NCBI GenBank assembly: GCA_050084515.1
Contig: CM114271.1
Location: 47,120,001 to 47,184,000 of the forward strand
DNA: 64,000 nt
Reading direction: 5' to 3'
From: Blasia pusilla
Taxonomy: Eukaryota
The notes beneath the pieces were generated by a model. It did not search any database, was not told the origin of the DNA, and was given only the letters and a program-made list of their open reading frames with translations. This document shows positions 37,860 to 51,329 of this stretch, piece by piece. How positions within the stretch are numbered: the first letter of the stretch is position 1; every line of letters starts with the position of its first letter. Position numbers and translations under genes: made by a program.

Positions 37860-40100
37860 GGTATTCAGATGTTGGATCTCTTTGGAGGGATCAGCAGTCG
37901 GCTAGCTGATGTTTTGCACGCTGGAGTGTGCGAGCAACAGTACCTATATGTGGAGATTGATGATGTTACAAGGCACGCTTTACTTCACCATGTGGCGCTG
38001 TTATGCCTCCGTTTTCCCGACTTGTTGTCTACGTCCGCCATTCAGGGTTATCACACTTCCCTACCGAGGGATATTTCATTGTTGGGGGCGCAAGACTTGG
38101 AGCGGGTAGGGACCATAGACTTGGTCATTGCTGGTTGGCTATGTCAGGGCCAATCGAGTGTTGGACAAGGTAGCGGGTTAGTTGACACTCGGTCCCGGTT
38201 GTTTTGGGAGATGATGCGGATCTTGCGACATTTACAGGAGCATCAGCCTCGTTCTCTAGCATGCATTTTGGAGAATGTGCCAATTTTGGGCAATTAGAGG
38301 TCCCGCGTGGTGACCAGTGCACATATGGTGCGCGCATGGATTGGCCCGGCAGTGCTGTTAGATGCGGCGAGTGTAGGTTCTAGAGCACACCGCCCGCGTC
38401 TTTGGTGGACCAACTTGGTACCACATGAGGTATTACGGAGGGCTTATGCGAGAGTGGAGCGTCCCTCCGATTTGTTGGTGGATTCTATATTGGATCCGGG
38501 CCATCGATCACAGGAAATGAGGCACGATGATCGACTGCCGTTGACCTTGGTCAACAGGATTGGCGTGCCACGAGCAGCCTTTCCCACATTGGTGAGTTTT
38601 CCCGCTTCCTATGCATTCAAGGATGCCGGACGTGGCTTGGTTTGGGAAGACCACGTACAGAGGTTGGTGGAGCCTAACGCCAATGAGCGAGAGCGAGAGC
38701 GAGCGATGAGATTCCCCAAAGGGGAATCCCATCTGCGTTTTCTTCATGTTTGTTGCAGATCAGATGTGGAGGCAGGAGGTGAAACCGTTTTCCCAGCATC
38801 GAAGGTTAATGGTTCGACCTTTCCCAACTGGAATGAGTTGTCAAAATGTGCTAAAGCAGGTCTTTCTGTGCAACCTCGAAAGGGAATGGCATTACTGTTT
38901 TGGAGTATGAATCTTGATACAACATTGGATTCTAAGAGTCTTCACGGTAAGTTCCTCGTCGTGTCATAGATGTCTGAGAAGATAGCCTCCTCAGGTGATA
39001 CCCTTTGTGTTCCTTCCAAAACTTGTCGGATGTTGTTAGTAATTGAATTAAATATCTGTGAAGTGGTTTTAGTTAGTGGGTATTAACTCCAGTTCTTCCA
39101 GTTGGGAGTTAGAGTGGTTTCATTTACAAACTTGCTTGTATCCATGAGTTCTTATAGTTTGTCAATGACCGGTCCATTATTCAGTGGTCCTTCATGAGCC
39201 ACTTATCTTAATTTAATGTCATTCTCGTTGTCTCTTCAGGTGGTTTCCCGGTCATTGAAGGAAATAAGTGGTCCGCCACTAAGTGGTTACATGTGAACAA
39301 GTATGCTATGCCCTCTTAAGTATTGCATCTTCTCACTCAAGCTATCTTGTTATCCAACAAAACCGTTGGTTGTAGAGGTTAGGAGGGAATGGCTGTCACC
39401 AGACGGCACTGCATTATAGGTTCTTAATGCTTAATGTCTACAAAGTTATTTTGCAACTATGACTAAGATATGTTATTGTGATTCATTGGGTAAATGATTA
39501 CATTAATCATGCCTCTAGTTCATTATCATTTGTAACTGAAATGCTGATATCTATGTGTTTTTTGCTTGGATTTATGCCCCAGAGTGAAGACGAACCTACC
39601 ATTGTGTAGTGTCTTATCTGACCATCCTTGCATCCAGCTTTGGTACTGCAATCCAATAGTTCAGTTTGTATGTAGCAGTAGGCTCTCTAAATGTATTGAT
39701 GCAGTAGTGTCCCCGTGGTGCCATCAGTACAAGATTCAATCTTATGCTAAGTATGATCAGGTTGTAATTTCCTAGCAGTTGGGATCTTTCCTAGGCAATG
39801 AATTAAGGAAGACCCATTCATACTTTGGAGAACTCTCTAGTTGAGGATGTAGTAAGCTGACCTTCCATGAATGTTATAGTTAGCCCATATATTCAGATTC
39901 ACCTAGGGTGGTTGGAGTTTGTAACTGCTGTTAGGAACATTGAATATAAGAGTCCAACTGTAAATAGGAAGTGATTCCAACGGAGTAAAGGGGACATTTC
40001 ACTTTACACGAAGGAGTCACGGTAGTACCTCACTATTGGAGGCATCACAACGTCATGTCTTGGGTCAAGCGATAGACTTGAACTGCTTGATATGGATTCT
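37860..40100 (+). pseudogene. C5 DNA methyltransferase domain (copy 3), interrupted between motifs IX and X
   Basis: MLDLFGGIS, IDLVIAGWLCQGQS, ILENV, AHRPRLWWTN, ERAMRFP, then 1.3-kb insert, then HVLGQAIDLNCL. Confidence 0.9.
38734..40011 (+). pseudogene. Captured 3' fragment of a plant prolyl 4-hydroxylase gene (two exons, intron, 3' flank)
   Basis: Exon 38759-38946 SDVEAGGETVFP...WNELSKC...ALLFWSM...SLHG; GT-AG intron 38947-39239; exon 39240-39319 GFPVIEGNKWSATKWLHV...stop. Confidence 0.9.
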
Positions 40101-40539
40101 CAGTGTAGGAGTAGCTGAGCAACGTCGTTTGAGGATGCAACTGATCACAAAATTTGCGTTGGTGAGCCCCATGCCTATCGAGACGGTTGAGGCAATGGCT
40201 GGGGGCGAGACCCAAGGAGATCGACACACCAGAGGTGATCGGGAGAGACACCCTTGGACTTGGGATGTTTTGCAGATACGCGAGGAGATGATAGCCACAA
40301 CATCGAGCGTGGTTCCGGGTACTGCACGTGGAGATGAGAGTTCTAGTGTTCGAGACGGGGTTGTACCATAGCAACCACCGACATCCGTGCCAAAGAGTCC
40401 TATCGTAGTCACGATGGAGATTTGGGAGCTAGATATGGGCCATAAGTTGACAGGAGGATAGCAACGTCGGATACACCACTTCCTTAGGAGTTATAAGAGC
40501 TGTTTTGCATTTAGTATGCATGATTTGGGTACGCTGAAG

Positions 40540-41478
40540 GATCCACGGATCCGCATTGAGTTGTCGAGTGACACGCCGATCTTCCAAAGATCCTACAAGT
40601 ACAGTGACATGGAGAGGGCTTTGATTCATAGTAGGAGCCAAGACTTGGTTGGAGTAGGACTAGTAGAGATGTCGCATGGAGAGTATGCATCTGCCAATGT
40701 CATGCCCGCCAAGAAGGATGTGCATGGCAACTGGACGGATAGGCAAATGTGTGGAGATTATCCACCTATCAATCGGCAGAAAAAGTTCGATAGGTATGCG
40801 ATGCCCACCCTTGAGGAGATCTCTGATGCGATTGGGCATGCAAAGGTCTTCAGTTCATTGGATTTGCGAGCCGGATACCATCAGCTGCCTATTAGATTGG
40901 AGGACAGGCAGAAGATGATATTTTGGGGCATCGATCCTCATAGGAAGGATTGTTTGTACTAGTGGCGGTTCTTACCATTCGGGTTAAAAAATGCCCCGGC
41001 TGCACGTCAAGGGTTTTAGTTTGATTGCAAAGCCGCTAACCTTGAAGACCAAGGTGGATCAGGAGTGGCATTGGGGGGATGAGCAAGAGAGAGCATTTCA
41101 AATGCTCAAGGATAGATTGACGTCCACGCCCATATTGAGGAGACCCATCAGGGGGCATCCTTTCCAGTTGCATACCGACTTGGAGCATGTTGGGGCTTAG
41201 AGCTGTGCTCACCCAACATGACAATGATGGTAGAGAGTTCGAGGTTGGCTTATGCTAATCGCTCGAACAACACTGCAGAGGCAAAGTATAGCTCGTATGA
41301 TGGTGAGTGCTTGGCCGTAGTGTGGGTTGTCACACATTTCAGATGTTATCTATTCGACAATCCCTTTACCATCATTAGTGATCATCAGCCACTTAAGTGG
41401 TTGATGGAGTCCGACAAGCTTACAGGGAAGCTTGCAAGATGGGCTCTTTTGTTGCAAGAGTATGACTTCCAGGTGGTG
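40540..41478 (+). pseudogene. RT (partly deleted) and RNase H fragments of copy 3
   Basis: VFSSLDLRAGYHQL, PFGLKNAP, then a jump near 41003 to VKGFSLIAKPL; ARWALLLQEYDF. Confidence 0.88.
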
Positions 41479-44400
41479 TAAATGAATAACCAAATGTGGA
41501 ATGTTGATTAGACACGCTTTCTACCCAATCAGCATATGTGAATCCCTATAATTGAAAACTCAGAGAAGGTTCAAATTGTAGCCCGAATTGAATAGAGAAT
41601 TTCACATACCGCATAATCCTCCTCACAGCATCAAGGTAAGGTTTTCGAGGTGCTTGCATAAACTAGCTCACTAGGCCAACATCATAACTCAAATATGGTG
41701 TGGTTATAGTTAGATAGATCAAACTTCTAACCATGCGCTTGTACATATTAGAATCTGGAAGAAACTCTCCTTCATCCACTCTTAGCTTCACACTCTACTC
41801 CAACCGTGTAGAGATTGGCTTACAAGCCGTTATACCATATTTTGAAAGCATATGAAGAGAATATTATCGTTGTAGTAACCACATGCTCTCTCCAACCTTG
41901 ATAAACTCAATACCAAGGAAGTACTTGAGTTCTCCCAAGTCTTTCATATCAAATTCTGCTTGTAACCTAAGCTTGACTTGTTGTACCATTTCTTTAGTAC
42001 TCCCAGTAATCAGGAGATCGTCAATATATAACACAATGAGAACCGTATGATCTTGTCCTCTCAAGACTTATACCGAGGAGTGAGAATCACATATCCTAAA
42101 ACCCAACTCTTGAAGGACGTATGTAATCTTGCCATACCAAACTCTTGGAGCTTGTTTGAGCTCGTATAGAGCTTTCTTCAATCTGCATACGTGAAATGGA
42201 AACTTGGGATGCTCGTATCCGGGTGGTTGAGTCATATATAACTTCTCGAATAGATCTCCATTCAAAAAGGCATTCTTGACGTCCATGTGATATAATCTCC
42301 ACTTCTTACTTACTATAACTGCAACCACTATTCTCATAGTCGCCATCTTTGCAACATGGCTAAATGTTTCCTCATAATCGATACTATATTGTTGTGCATA
42401 GCCCTTAGTCACCAATCTCGCTTTATATCTTTTAATTGTACCATCTTGATTGCGGTTGATTTTGTAAACCCATTTGCAACCAATAGCTTCCTTACCCGAA
42501 GGTATATCAGCCAGCTCCCTTGTTTGTTGATGTCTTAATGCAGCAAGCTCTTCCTCCATAGCTTCAATCCATTCGACTTTACTTGCAGCTTCTTCAAAAC
42601 AACTCGGCTCCTATTCTTGAAGGGTAGTCATCATATATGCATGATGTGTCGCAAGGAAACCTTCATTTATGAATCTATGAATTGGATGTGTAACTCTACT
42701 TGATCTACGAAGTTGTTGTTTAGAGGTAGATGCCTCTAACACTTGACTCGAGCTCTGACTAGTGTCAACAGATTGAATACGTACTCTTCCCATCCATGGA
42801 CTCACAGATTCAACTGATGAATCTAGAACCTCTCCTAATCTTGCACTAGTACTTGGGGAAGTTGAAGACAATGTCTGTTGGTTTACAATCATATTCTTCC
42901 CCTCACCAAACGAGTGTAGAGGTGGAATAGGCTCAGATGAAGCATACCATGACTTTAGCTCATCAAAGATAATATCCCAACTAATAATAGGCTGCCTAGA
43001 GGATGGAATGTAGCACTTATATCCCTTAGTTCCATCAGCATAGCCAATGAAGATACATCTTTCAGACTTGGGGTCTAATTTCTGACGTCTCTCAGAAGGA
43101 ACATGAACATAACAAATATAGCCAAGTACTTTTAAGAAGGAAAAATTGGGTTTATTTCCTATGAAGACTTCGGATGGAGTTTTATCATGAACTCTTGCTG
43201 TTGGAGTTCGGTTGATTAAGAAGACTGCACATGCTACAATCTGCCCAATACACCTTAGACATGTTCTTCTCATTCAACATAGCTCGTGCCGCTTCAGCAA
43301 TATGTCGATTCTTTCTCTCAGCCACTCCATTTTGTTGTGGAGTGTAACGGCAAGTCACTTGAAGCTGGATGCCATTCTCACGTAAATAGTCATCAAACTC
43401 TGTTGAAAGATGCTCTCCTCCTCCATCCCAACGCAATTTCATAATGTGTTCTCCTGTCTGCTTCTCTACTAGAATTTTGAATGTTTGGAACACAGAGAAT
43501 ACCTCTGACTTGGCTTTTAGAAAGTATACCCATATATACCTAGAGAAGTCATCAATAAATGAAATAAAATACTCGCAACCACTAAGGCTATGTTGTGATG
43601 TTGTCCACATATCATTGTGGATCAACTCCAATATCTTGGATGCTCTTCTACCTTGCTTTGGAAAAGGAAATCTAGCTTGTTTTCCAAATTGGCAAGCAGG
43701 ACATACCTCTAACGTAGTAGGACTCGCTAATTTAGGGAGTCCTATTACTATATTAGATGATGAAAGACTCTGTAATGTTTGAAGATTCATACGTCCAGTT
43801 CTTTTATGCCACACATTCAGATCTATGACTTGTTGGCTGCTTTGACCATACAGTGTTGTTTGAATCTCTAGCATAGAAACATCTAATTTGAAAATTCTGC
43901 CAGATCTAGTTCCTTTGGCTATCGTAGTCTGGTCGTCCATTGTTTCAATGAAACAACCATCTGCGTTAAACTTCGCTTGATAACCCTCTTCTACTATTTG
44001 TCCTATAGAGATCAGGTTTCTTGCAATGGTAGGAATATAGAAAACATTTCCAAGAGCACAAAGACCATCTGATGCTATTGGAACTTTACCGGTATGCGTG
44101 ATATGCTATTAAGTGTCATCTCCTCTAAGCACAATTGCAAGATCTTTCACCGGCTCCAAACTAGTGAACCATTTATCTTGTGAGATCATGTGATTTGATG
44201 CACCAGAGTCAATGTACCAATCTGCTGTCGAGTCTTTCTTGACCATTGCTCCCATATGATGAGTCATAACCAAGAGATGCTCCGTTTGTGAATGTTGTTG
44301 TTCTTGGTACTGCTCTTGGTGTTGTTGCTCCACATAGTTTTGTTGTTGTAAGGCTCTTGTTCTCATATCTACCTTCTTCTTGAAGCAAAACTTTGCATAG

Positions 44401-45739
44401 TGATCCTTTATCCCACAGTAATTGCAAGATCCAGAGATCCTCTACTATTGACCTCGACCCCAACGGTTTCCACGGTTTACCTTGTGATTGTGTCTGGTAC
44501 TAGTTCTTAGTTGATTGAGTGATGTTATATTGAGTGCCTCTTCCTCCATATGCTCGATATCCACCACGACCACGGAAGCTTCTACCACGACCCCTGCCTC
44601 TGTTTGATCCATGATCTGCAAATAGCGCACTCTCTTGCAGACTAGACGAGCAACCGCTGCCTACTAGGCGTATCTCTTCACTGATTAATAGAGTGACTAA
44701 CTCTTGAAAGGTTGGATACTTCTCTCTCATAGAGATAGAGGTCTCAAAGGACTTGTAATCCTTTGGAAGGCCTTGAAGAGTGAACAAGATCAGATCAACA
44801 TCTTATACTGTCACTCCAATGCTATTCAACTGATCAACAATATGTGTGATATTCAAAATATAATCAATGATGCTCTACAATCCTTTCCTCACTTTGTTCA
44901 ATTGCTGTTTCAATTGAAGCTTTCAGGCCTTTATAGATGTCTGGAACAGCTTTTCCAATGCATCCCAGGCTTCCTTTGGAGTATCAACATCTTGAATGTG
45001 ACCTATCATTGGCGAACTGATCGTTATTGAAATATGATGGATTACTTGCCTTGTGCATTTGTTCTAGGCGCGAACATTCAAGTTTGTTGAGTCACATTTT
45101 GGCTTGGCCTCATCACCTGTGACAAGCTCCCATAGTTCTTGACCCATGAGAAATTTTTTCATGCGAAACTTCTAGACATTGTAATTCTTCTTATCTAGCT
45201 TCTCGCTTATGATTGCTGTTGAGGAATACTCCATGACAAACGATTTCACTCAGAAAAACATAATTTCAGGCTCTCTATTGCTCCAATTGAAGCATAGACC
45301 ACTCATACACAGAAATTGATATGAAATTTTCCAAAATTGATCAATTGTATGAAAGAACTAGTTGAAATTGACGTGTAGAGAGCAAACTGCATAACTTTTC
45401 TTCACTAATTGTACTTTCCTACACTGAAATTGCTACTGCAGCAACTCAGAATGTCAAAATTGAGCAATTTTGGATGTGTTGGAAAGCTCTCGACAAGCTC
45501 TATCAGAAAGCTAGAACATGTTTTTGGTGACATTCTAACCGATGCGGATTTAGATGGCTTAATCGATCGGGAAAGCCCTAAACAATGCCTCCAAAGTTTT
45601 ATCACTATCAAAGCTCCACCTGAAATCTACACCCATTTAGCTCTGAAAAAAAATTTCCTTCTCCCAAACTGAAATTGTGCCTTCTCTTGCCTCTCTTCTC
45701 TCCTCAAACACCAAGAATTTCAAGTGATATTCTCTTATC

Positions 45740-45751
45740 GCTCTGATACCA
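45740..45751 (-). promoter_or_regulatory. Primer-binding site (initiator tRNA-Met) of the Copia element
   Basis: TGGTATCAGAGC on the minus strand directly after the LTR-terminal CA. Confidence 0.92.
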
Positions 45752-46260
45752 TGTGGAAAACTGCTAAACAAGCATAACTAGTGGAAAACGGCTCTCACAC
45801 ACACACACCACCATGGAGAACGAAATTTGCAATGAGAGAATGAGTGGAGGCTAGTTCCCTTCTCAATTATATAGGGTATGTACAAGCAACCCTAACCCTA
45901 ATCTTAACCATAGTCTCGAGTTAGACTAACTATGATTAACTAACCATAGTTAAGATAATCTTGCTTAAGTGACTAACCAAGATTAAGCTTCTCTACTTCG
46001 TGTGAGTACCAAATGTAACAGTTTAGGTATCTCATGAGCTTGACTATAACTCAATCTTCAATATGGCGCAAGTTGGTGATCGAATATTATACGGAAGTGG
46101 ATACGGTGGACATCCTTAGACGCATGGTCATCATGGCGTTGGATCCTCATAGCTTGCGCTTAACTCACTAACCAAGATTAAGCTTCCCTACTTCATATGA
46201 GTACCAAATATAGCAGTTCATGTGTCTTATGAGCTTGAGTGTAACTCAATCTTTAATACA
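45752..46260 (-). repeat. Copia 5' LTR with an internal ~87-bp direct repeat
   Basis: TG...CA boundaries; ACTAACCAAGATTAAGCTT...AACTCAATCTT at ~45972-46058 and ~46167-46253. Confidence 0.85.
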
Positions 46261-46559
46261 CTAGAGCTCGTTGGCATGGTGAGAGTAATGAGGAGTTGGT
46301 GCTAGGATGGCATGCGTCAGCCTATTTGGGCTTGTTGGCTATGGAGAGCTTGATTGCTGAGACTTCGATGGCGAGGTCTGATGGAGAGTCCTTAGATCCA
46401 GAGGTTGGTGAGGGACGACAGGTGGCCGAGACATTCACGACGATGGAGTGGTCTTGGAGTACCTGCGTACTAGCAGCGTCACAAGCACAGTGGGTGCTAG
46501 AGAGCGGGATCGAATCCTACAGCGAGCGAGACGGTTTTGATGGGGGGCACACATGTGTT

Positions 46560-47268
46560 GCGAGTGTGGGAGGATGCGTGTAGTGCCTCATCCTTCGCAG
46601 AGAGCACGTTTGGTGCGTCATGCCCACGAGGAGTTGGGTCCTTTTGGAGTGAAGCGGACGTACAACTTGGTCACTTGCATTCTTAATGGTATGAGGTATC
46701 CTTGATAAGAAAGGTAATTAACTTGCCTGTGGCACTTACTAGATTGTGATGATACACAGATTCAACATTGGTGGCGAGGCATGCAGACTAACGTTCAACA
46801 ATTTATTGCCAGATGCATGGTGTGTGATTGAGTCCGAGCATCGTTCAATGCTCCGACTCCACAGTTGTATCCACTTCTGATCATGGGTTTAGGTTATAGA
46901 TGGAGTTTGGATTTTGCAGAACATTTGCCTTTGACAAAATGCCATAGTCGTTATGTGCTGGTGATGGTCGAGCACTTCTCGAAGTAGATTGAGTTAGTTG
47001 CATTGCTTGATAAAGCAAGTGAGGGAGTAGCGTATGCCTTCCTAGATCGAGTGTTGAGTCATTACGGCGCACCAGCTAAGGTGTTGACAGATCAGGATAC
47101 AGAGTTCCGCGGAGAGTTTCAGCCCTTGTGTGATCAGGCACTGATCGACCATTGCACTACTTTGCCAGATCATCCTGAGGCAGATGGACTAGCAGAGCTG
47201 GTTGTGCAAACGGTTAAGAGAGGACTACACCATATGGCTTGTAGAGAGGTCACCTAGGAGATTGGGAC
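46560..47268 (+). pseudogene. Integrase zinc-binding and DDE core of copy 3
   Basis: HAHEELG, CMVCD, RWSLDFA, VLTDQDTEF, ADGLAELVVQTVKRGL; cut at 47268 by copy 2. Confidence 0.88.
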
Positions 47269-48399
47269 TGTCGTACGCATACACATTGCTACACAACATA
47301 CATTGCTGTCATCGAACACACACACAAACACGCACGATCCCATGCTAACTCATGGCATCCAAACAATGAGACAAGAAGTACTAAAATATCTCCAATAAAG
47401 TAAGATCTAATCTCTCTCTACACCATCTCACACCATAACTCTCAAAGGTGTGCACTCTCTCTCATGTCAAACCAAACCCACTCTCTTAATGAGAGGCTTG
47501 GTTACACTCACAAGGCAAGGGACCATAGCTCCACCGCCTCATGCCAAGAGGTTCAACAAAGAGAGAATGAGCTCTCACGCTCTCTCTCCTTGAGGTATAC
47601 CCCTCCCCTCTCCCAAGCTCTCTCCATGGTAACCTATTCTCCCAAGTCACCTCCTTGGTTCTTGACCTGATGTAAGAGGTCAAGGGCCACTTACCAAAAA
47701 TATAAAGTTGATCATATACTCAAAATGGTAATTACCTAAAATAGTAAGTTCCTCAATATGGCTCTAAATGAGCCAAAACAAAGAGGAAACGTGCTCTCTC
47801 AGGTTTCCCAGGGCCTCAGCAGGTCATCCTCGACCTACTGAGCGTGTCCTCCACTACTCACGAAGGCGCTCTACTAGATCTCACCAATCTATCCTAAAAG
47901 ACGTGACAACTGTTGTGCGCATACACATCGCTACACAACATACATCGTTGTCATCGAACACATACACAAACACGCACGATCCCATGCTAACTCATGTGAG
48001 AGGTGGCATGAGACATGCCATATGCAGAACCACACAACATACAACGCAAGCCTGTAGGAACTACTGCTAAGCTTGGATCTACTGTACCATCAATGTTAGG
48101 AAGGTGACATGACGCACAATTACGCACATGGTCCTTCCATACCATACCATCGTGTCCCTCCAGCAAGAGAACACCGGATGGCAAAACGTCACGCACTCTC
48201 AAGATAGTGCGCCATGCAGTCACATCCAACGTCGTCGGTGCCGTCTGCTGCAAGTAGACATAATCTCCTCGATGAAACTTCCGGATAGTTGGTCGATAAC
48301 CACCACCCAGAATAGTCACATACCTCAACGTATCTTGATGTTGCGCAATCGCCAAGTTCTCGAACATCATGGGCATCACTCTCTAAAACAACTCAACCC

Positions 48400-49160
48400 T
48401 CTGAGAACATGCTCGCACCCATACATCTGGGTCATCAAGGTCCACCACCTCACCAGCACCTCGACGAATGGCCGCAGGTAAATCTGGCTCTCGGCCATAA
48501 AGTAGCAAGTACGGTGAAAAAGACGCTAAGGATGCCTACCTGCTGAATCTGTATCCCATCGCCAACCATGGCAACTGGAGGTCCCAATCTCCTAGGTGAC
48601 CTCTCTGCAAGCCATACTTGTGTAAACCCCTCTTCATCGTCGGCACAACTCTCTTTGCTAACCCATCCGCCTTGAGATGATCTAGCGAAGTCGTGCGATG
48701 GTTGATCATCGCCTGATCACACAAGGCCTAGAACTCACCGCGAAACTCGGTACCTTGGTCTGTCAACACCTCAGCCGGTGCGCCATAATGACTCAGCACT
48801 GTGTCAAGGAAGGCATAAGCTACTCCCTCACTCGCTTTGTCAGGCAATGGAGCCAACTCGATCCACTTCGAGAAGTACTCGACCATCACCAACACATAAC
48901 AACTATGATGCTCCGTCAAAGGCAAAGGTCCTGCAAAATCCAAACTCCATCTATACCCTAAGCCCATGATTGGTAATGGATGCAACTGTGGAGTTGGAGC
49001 ATTGAACGATGCTCGGACCCGATCACACACCATGCATCTAGCAATAAACTGCTGAACGTCATTCTGCATGCCTCACCACCAATACTGAATCTGGAGCAAC
49101 CTCTACGTCCGCTTCACCCCAAAGTGACCCAACTCCTCGTGGGCATGCTGCACTAGTTGT
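48400..49160 (-). pseudogene. DDE integrase with HHCC domain (copy 2)
   Basis: HAHEELGH..CMVC; WSLDFAGPLP; VLTDQGTEF; DGLAKRV; WDLQLPWLAMGYR. Confidence 0.92.
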
Positions 49161-49539
49161 GCTCTCTACAAAGGATGCGGCACTACGCATACTCTACCAT
49201 CCTCCCAAACCCTCAAAACATGTGTCCCCTCCCAACGGAACCGTCTCGCCTACTGTAGAATCCGATCCCGCTCTCTAGCACCCACGGTGCTCGCAACGCT
49301 GCCAATACGAAGGTACTCCAAGACAACTCCATCATCATGAATATCTCGGCCATCTGTCGTCTCCACACTGGCCTTGGGATCCAAGGACTCTCCACTAGAC
49401 CTCGCCATCGAAGTCTCCACACTCTGGTTCCCCATAGCCAACATGCCTAAATAGGCTAACGCGTGCCATCCTGACACTGACTCCTCATCACTCTCTCCAT
49501 GCCATCGAGCACCAATCACATCTCGCTGACTCGGGCATG

Positions 49540-50830
49540 GGTTACGACTCAACCCATCAGTATCCTGGTTGAGCATCCCAGGTCTATGTACCACCTGAAA
49601 ATCATACTCCTGCAACAACAGAGCCCATCTTCCAAGCTTCCCTGTAAGCTTGTCGGACTTCATCAACCACTTCAGTGGTTGATGATCAGTGATGATGGTA
49701 AAGGGGTTGCCAAATAAGTAACACCTAAAATGCGTGATAGCCCACACTACAGCCAAGCACTCACCCTCATACGAGCTGTACTTTGCCTCTGCAGCGATGT
49801 TCAAGCGGCTAGCATAAGCCACCACAAACTCTCTACCCTCATCATCATGCTGGGTGAGCACCGCTCCAAGCCCTAACATGCTCCAATCTGTGTGCAACTG
49901 GAAAGGACGCCCCCTGATCGGTCTCCTCAAGATAGGCGCAGATAGCAACCTGTCCTTGAGCAACTGAATTGCTCACTCTTGCTCATCCCCCTAGTGCCAC
50001 TCGTGATCCACCTTGGTCAGCAAGGTCAACGTCTTTGCAATCGAACTGAATCCCTTGACATCGCCGATAGAAGTTCGCCAATCCCATGAATGCGTGAACA
50101 CGGCTCATATTTGTAGGGCATGGAATGCGTGAGATAGCCTCTACCTTTGTCTGTTGAACACCAAGGCCCCCTGGGTATATCGTATGACCCAAGTACTCAA
50201 TCTGGTCATAGAAGAACTTGCACTTGCCTAGATGTAGCTTCAGCCCATGTAATTGCAATTGTCGAAATACCTCCTCTAGTTGTCCCTTATGCGCCTCAAC
50301 TGTGGCGCTAAAGACTACGATGTCATCAATATAACACCTAGCAAAATCCAGACCAGCCAAGATCCTATCCATGACCCTCTGAAACTCAGCCAGGGCGTTC
50401 TTTAACCCATGGTAAGATCCGCCACTGGTACAAACAATCCTTCCCGTTAGGATTGATACCCCAAAATACCGTCTTCTGCATGTCCCCCAAATATGATAGG
50501 CAGCTGATGGTATCCGGCTCACAAATCCAATGAACTGAAAACCTTTGCATGACCAATCGCATCAAAGATCTCCTCAGGGGTGGGCATGGCATACCTATCA
50601 AACTTTGTCTACCAATTGATAGGTCGGTAATCTCCACACATCTGCCTATCTGTCCAGTTGCCATGCACATCCTTCTTGGCACGCATGACAATGGCAGATG
50701 CATACTCCCCATGCGACATCTCCACTAGTCCTGCTCCAACCAAGTCCTGGCTCCTACTTTGAATCAGAGCCCTCTCCATATCACTGTATCTGTAGGGTGG
50801 TCGGAAAATTGGCGTATCATCGACAACTCA
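49540..50830 (-). pseudogene. RT + RNase H (copy 2)
   Basis: GLKNALAEFQRVMD, CYIDDIVVFS, KCKFF, FQLHTDWS, ITDHQPLKWL, RWALLLQEYDF. Confidence 0.93.
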
Positions 50831-51329
50831 ATGCGGATCCCCGGTCCCTTCAACGTATCCAAATCCTCCATGCTAAATGCAAAGCAGCTCCTATAACTCA
50901 TGAGGAACTGATGTATTTGGCGCCGCTCTCCTCTTGTCAGCTTAGGGCCCATATTTGGCTCCCAAGTCTCCATCATGACTACGGTAGGACTCTCCGACGC
51001 AGATATCGGCGGTTGCTATGGTGCAACCCCGTCTCGAACAAAAACACTCGACCGCTCTCCTGCAGCCAAATGCAAACTCTGATCTCCTCCACATGCAGTG
51101 CCCGGAACCACGCTCGATGCTGTGGCTATCATCTCCTGGCGTACTTGCAAAACATCCCAAGAAGTCCAAGGGTGTCTCTCTCGATCTCCCCTAGTGTGTT
51201 GATCTCCTCGGGTCTCGCACCCAGCCACTGCCTCCACCGTCTCGGTAGGCATGGGGCTCACCAACGCAACCGCTGTGATCTGTCGCGATCTCATCCGATG
51301 CTACTCAACCACTCCCAAGCTAAAGATCC

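Larger units (their letters stand above)
41479..46260 (-). mobile_element. Ty1/Copia LTR retrotransposon, 3'-truncated, nested in copy 3
   Basis: 5' LTR 45752-46260 (TG...CA), PBS, pseudo-ORF from ~45234 in Copia order Gag, PR (WYIDSGASNHM), INT (FIDDFSR, PQQNGVAERKNR), RT (YKARLV, HMDVKNAFLNG, LYIDDLLITG); ends at the start of RNase H. Confidence 0.95.
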
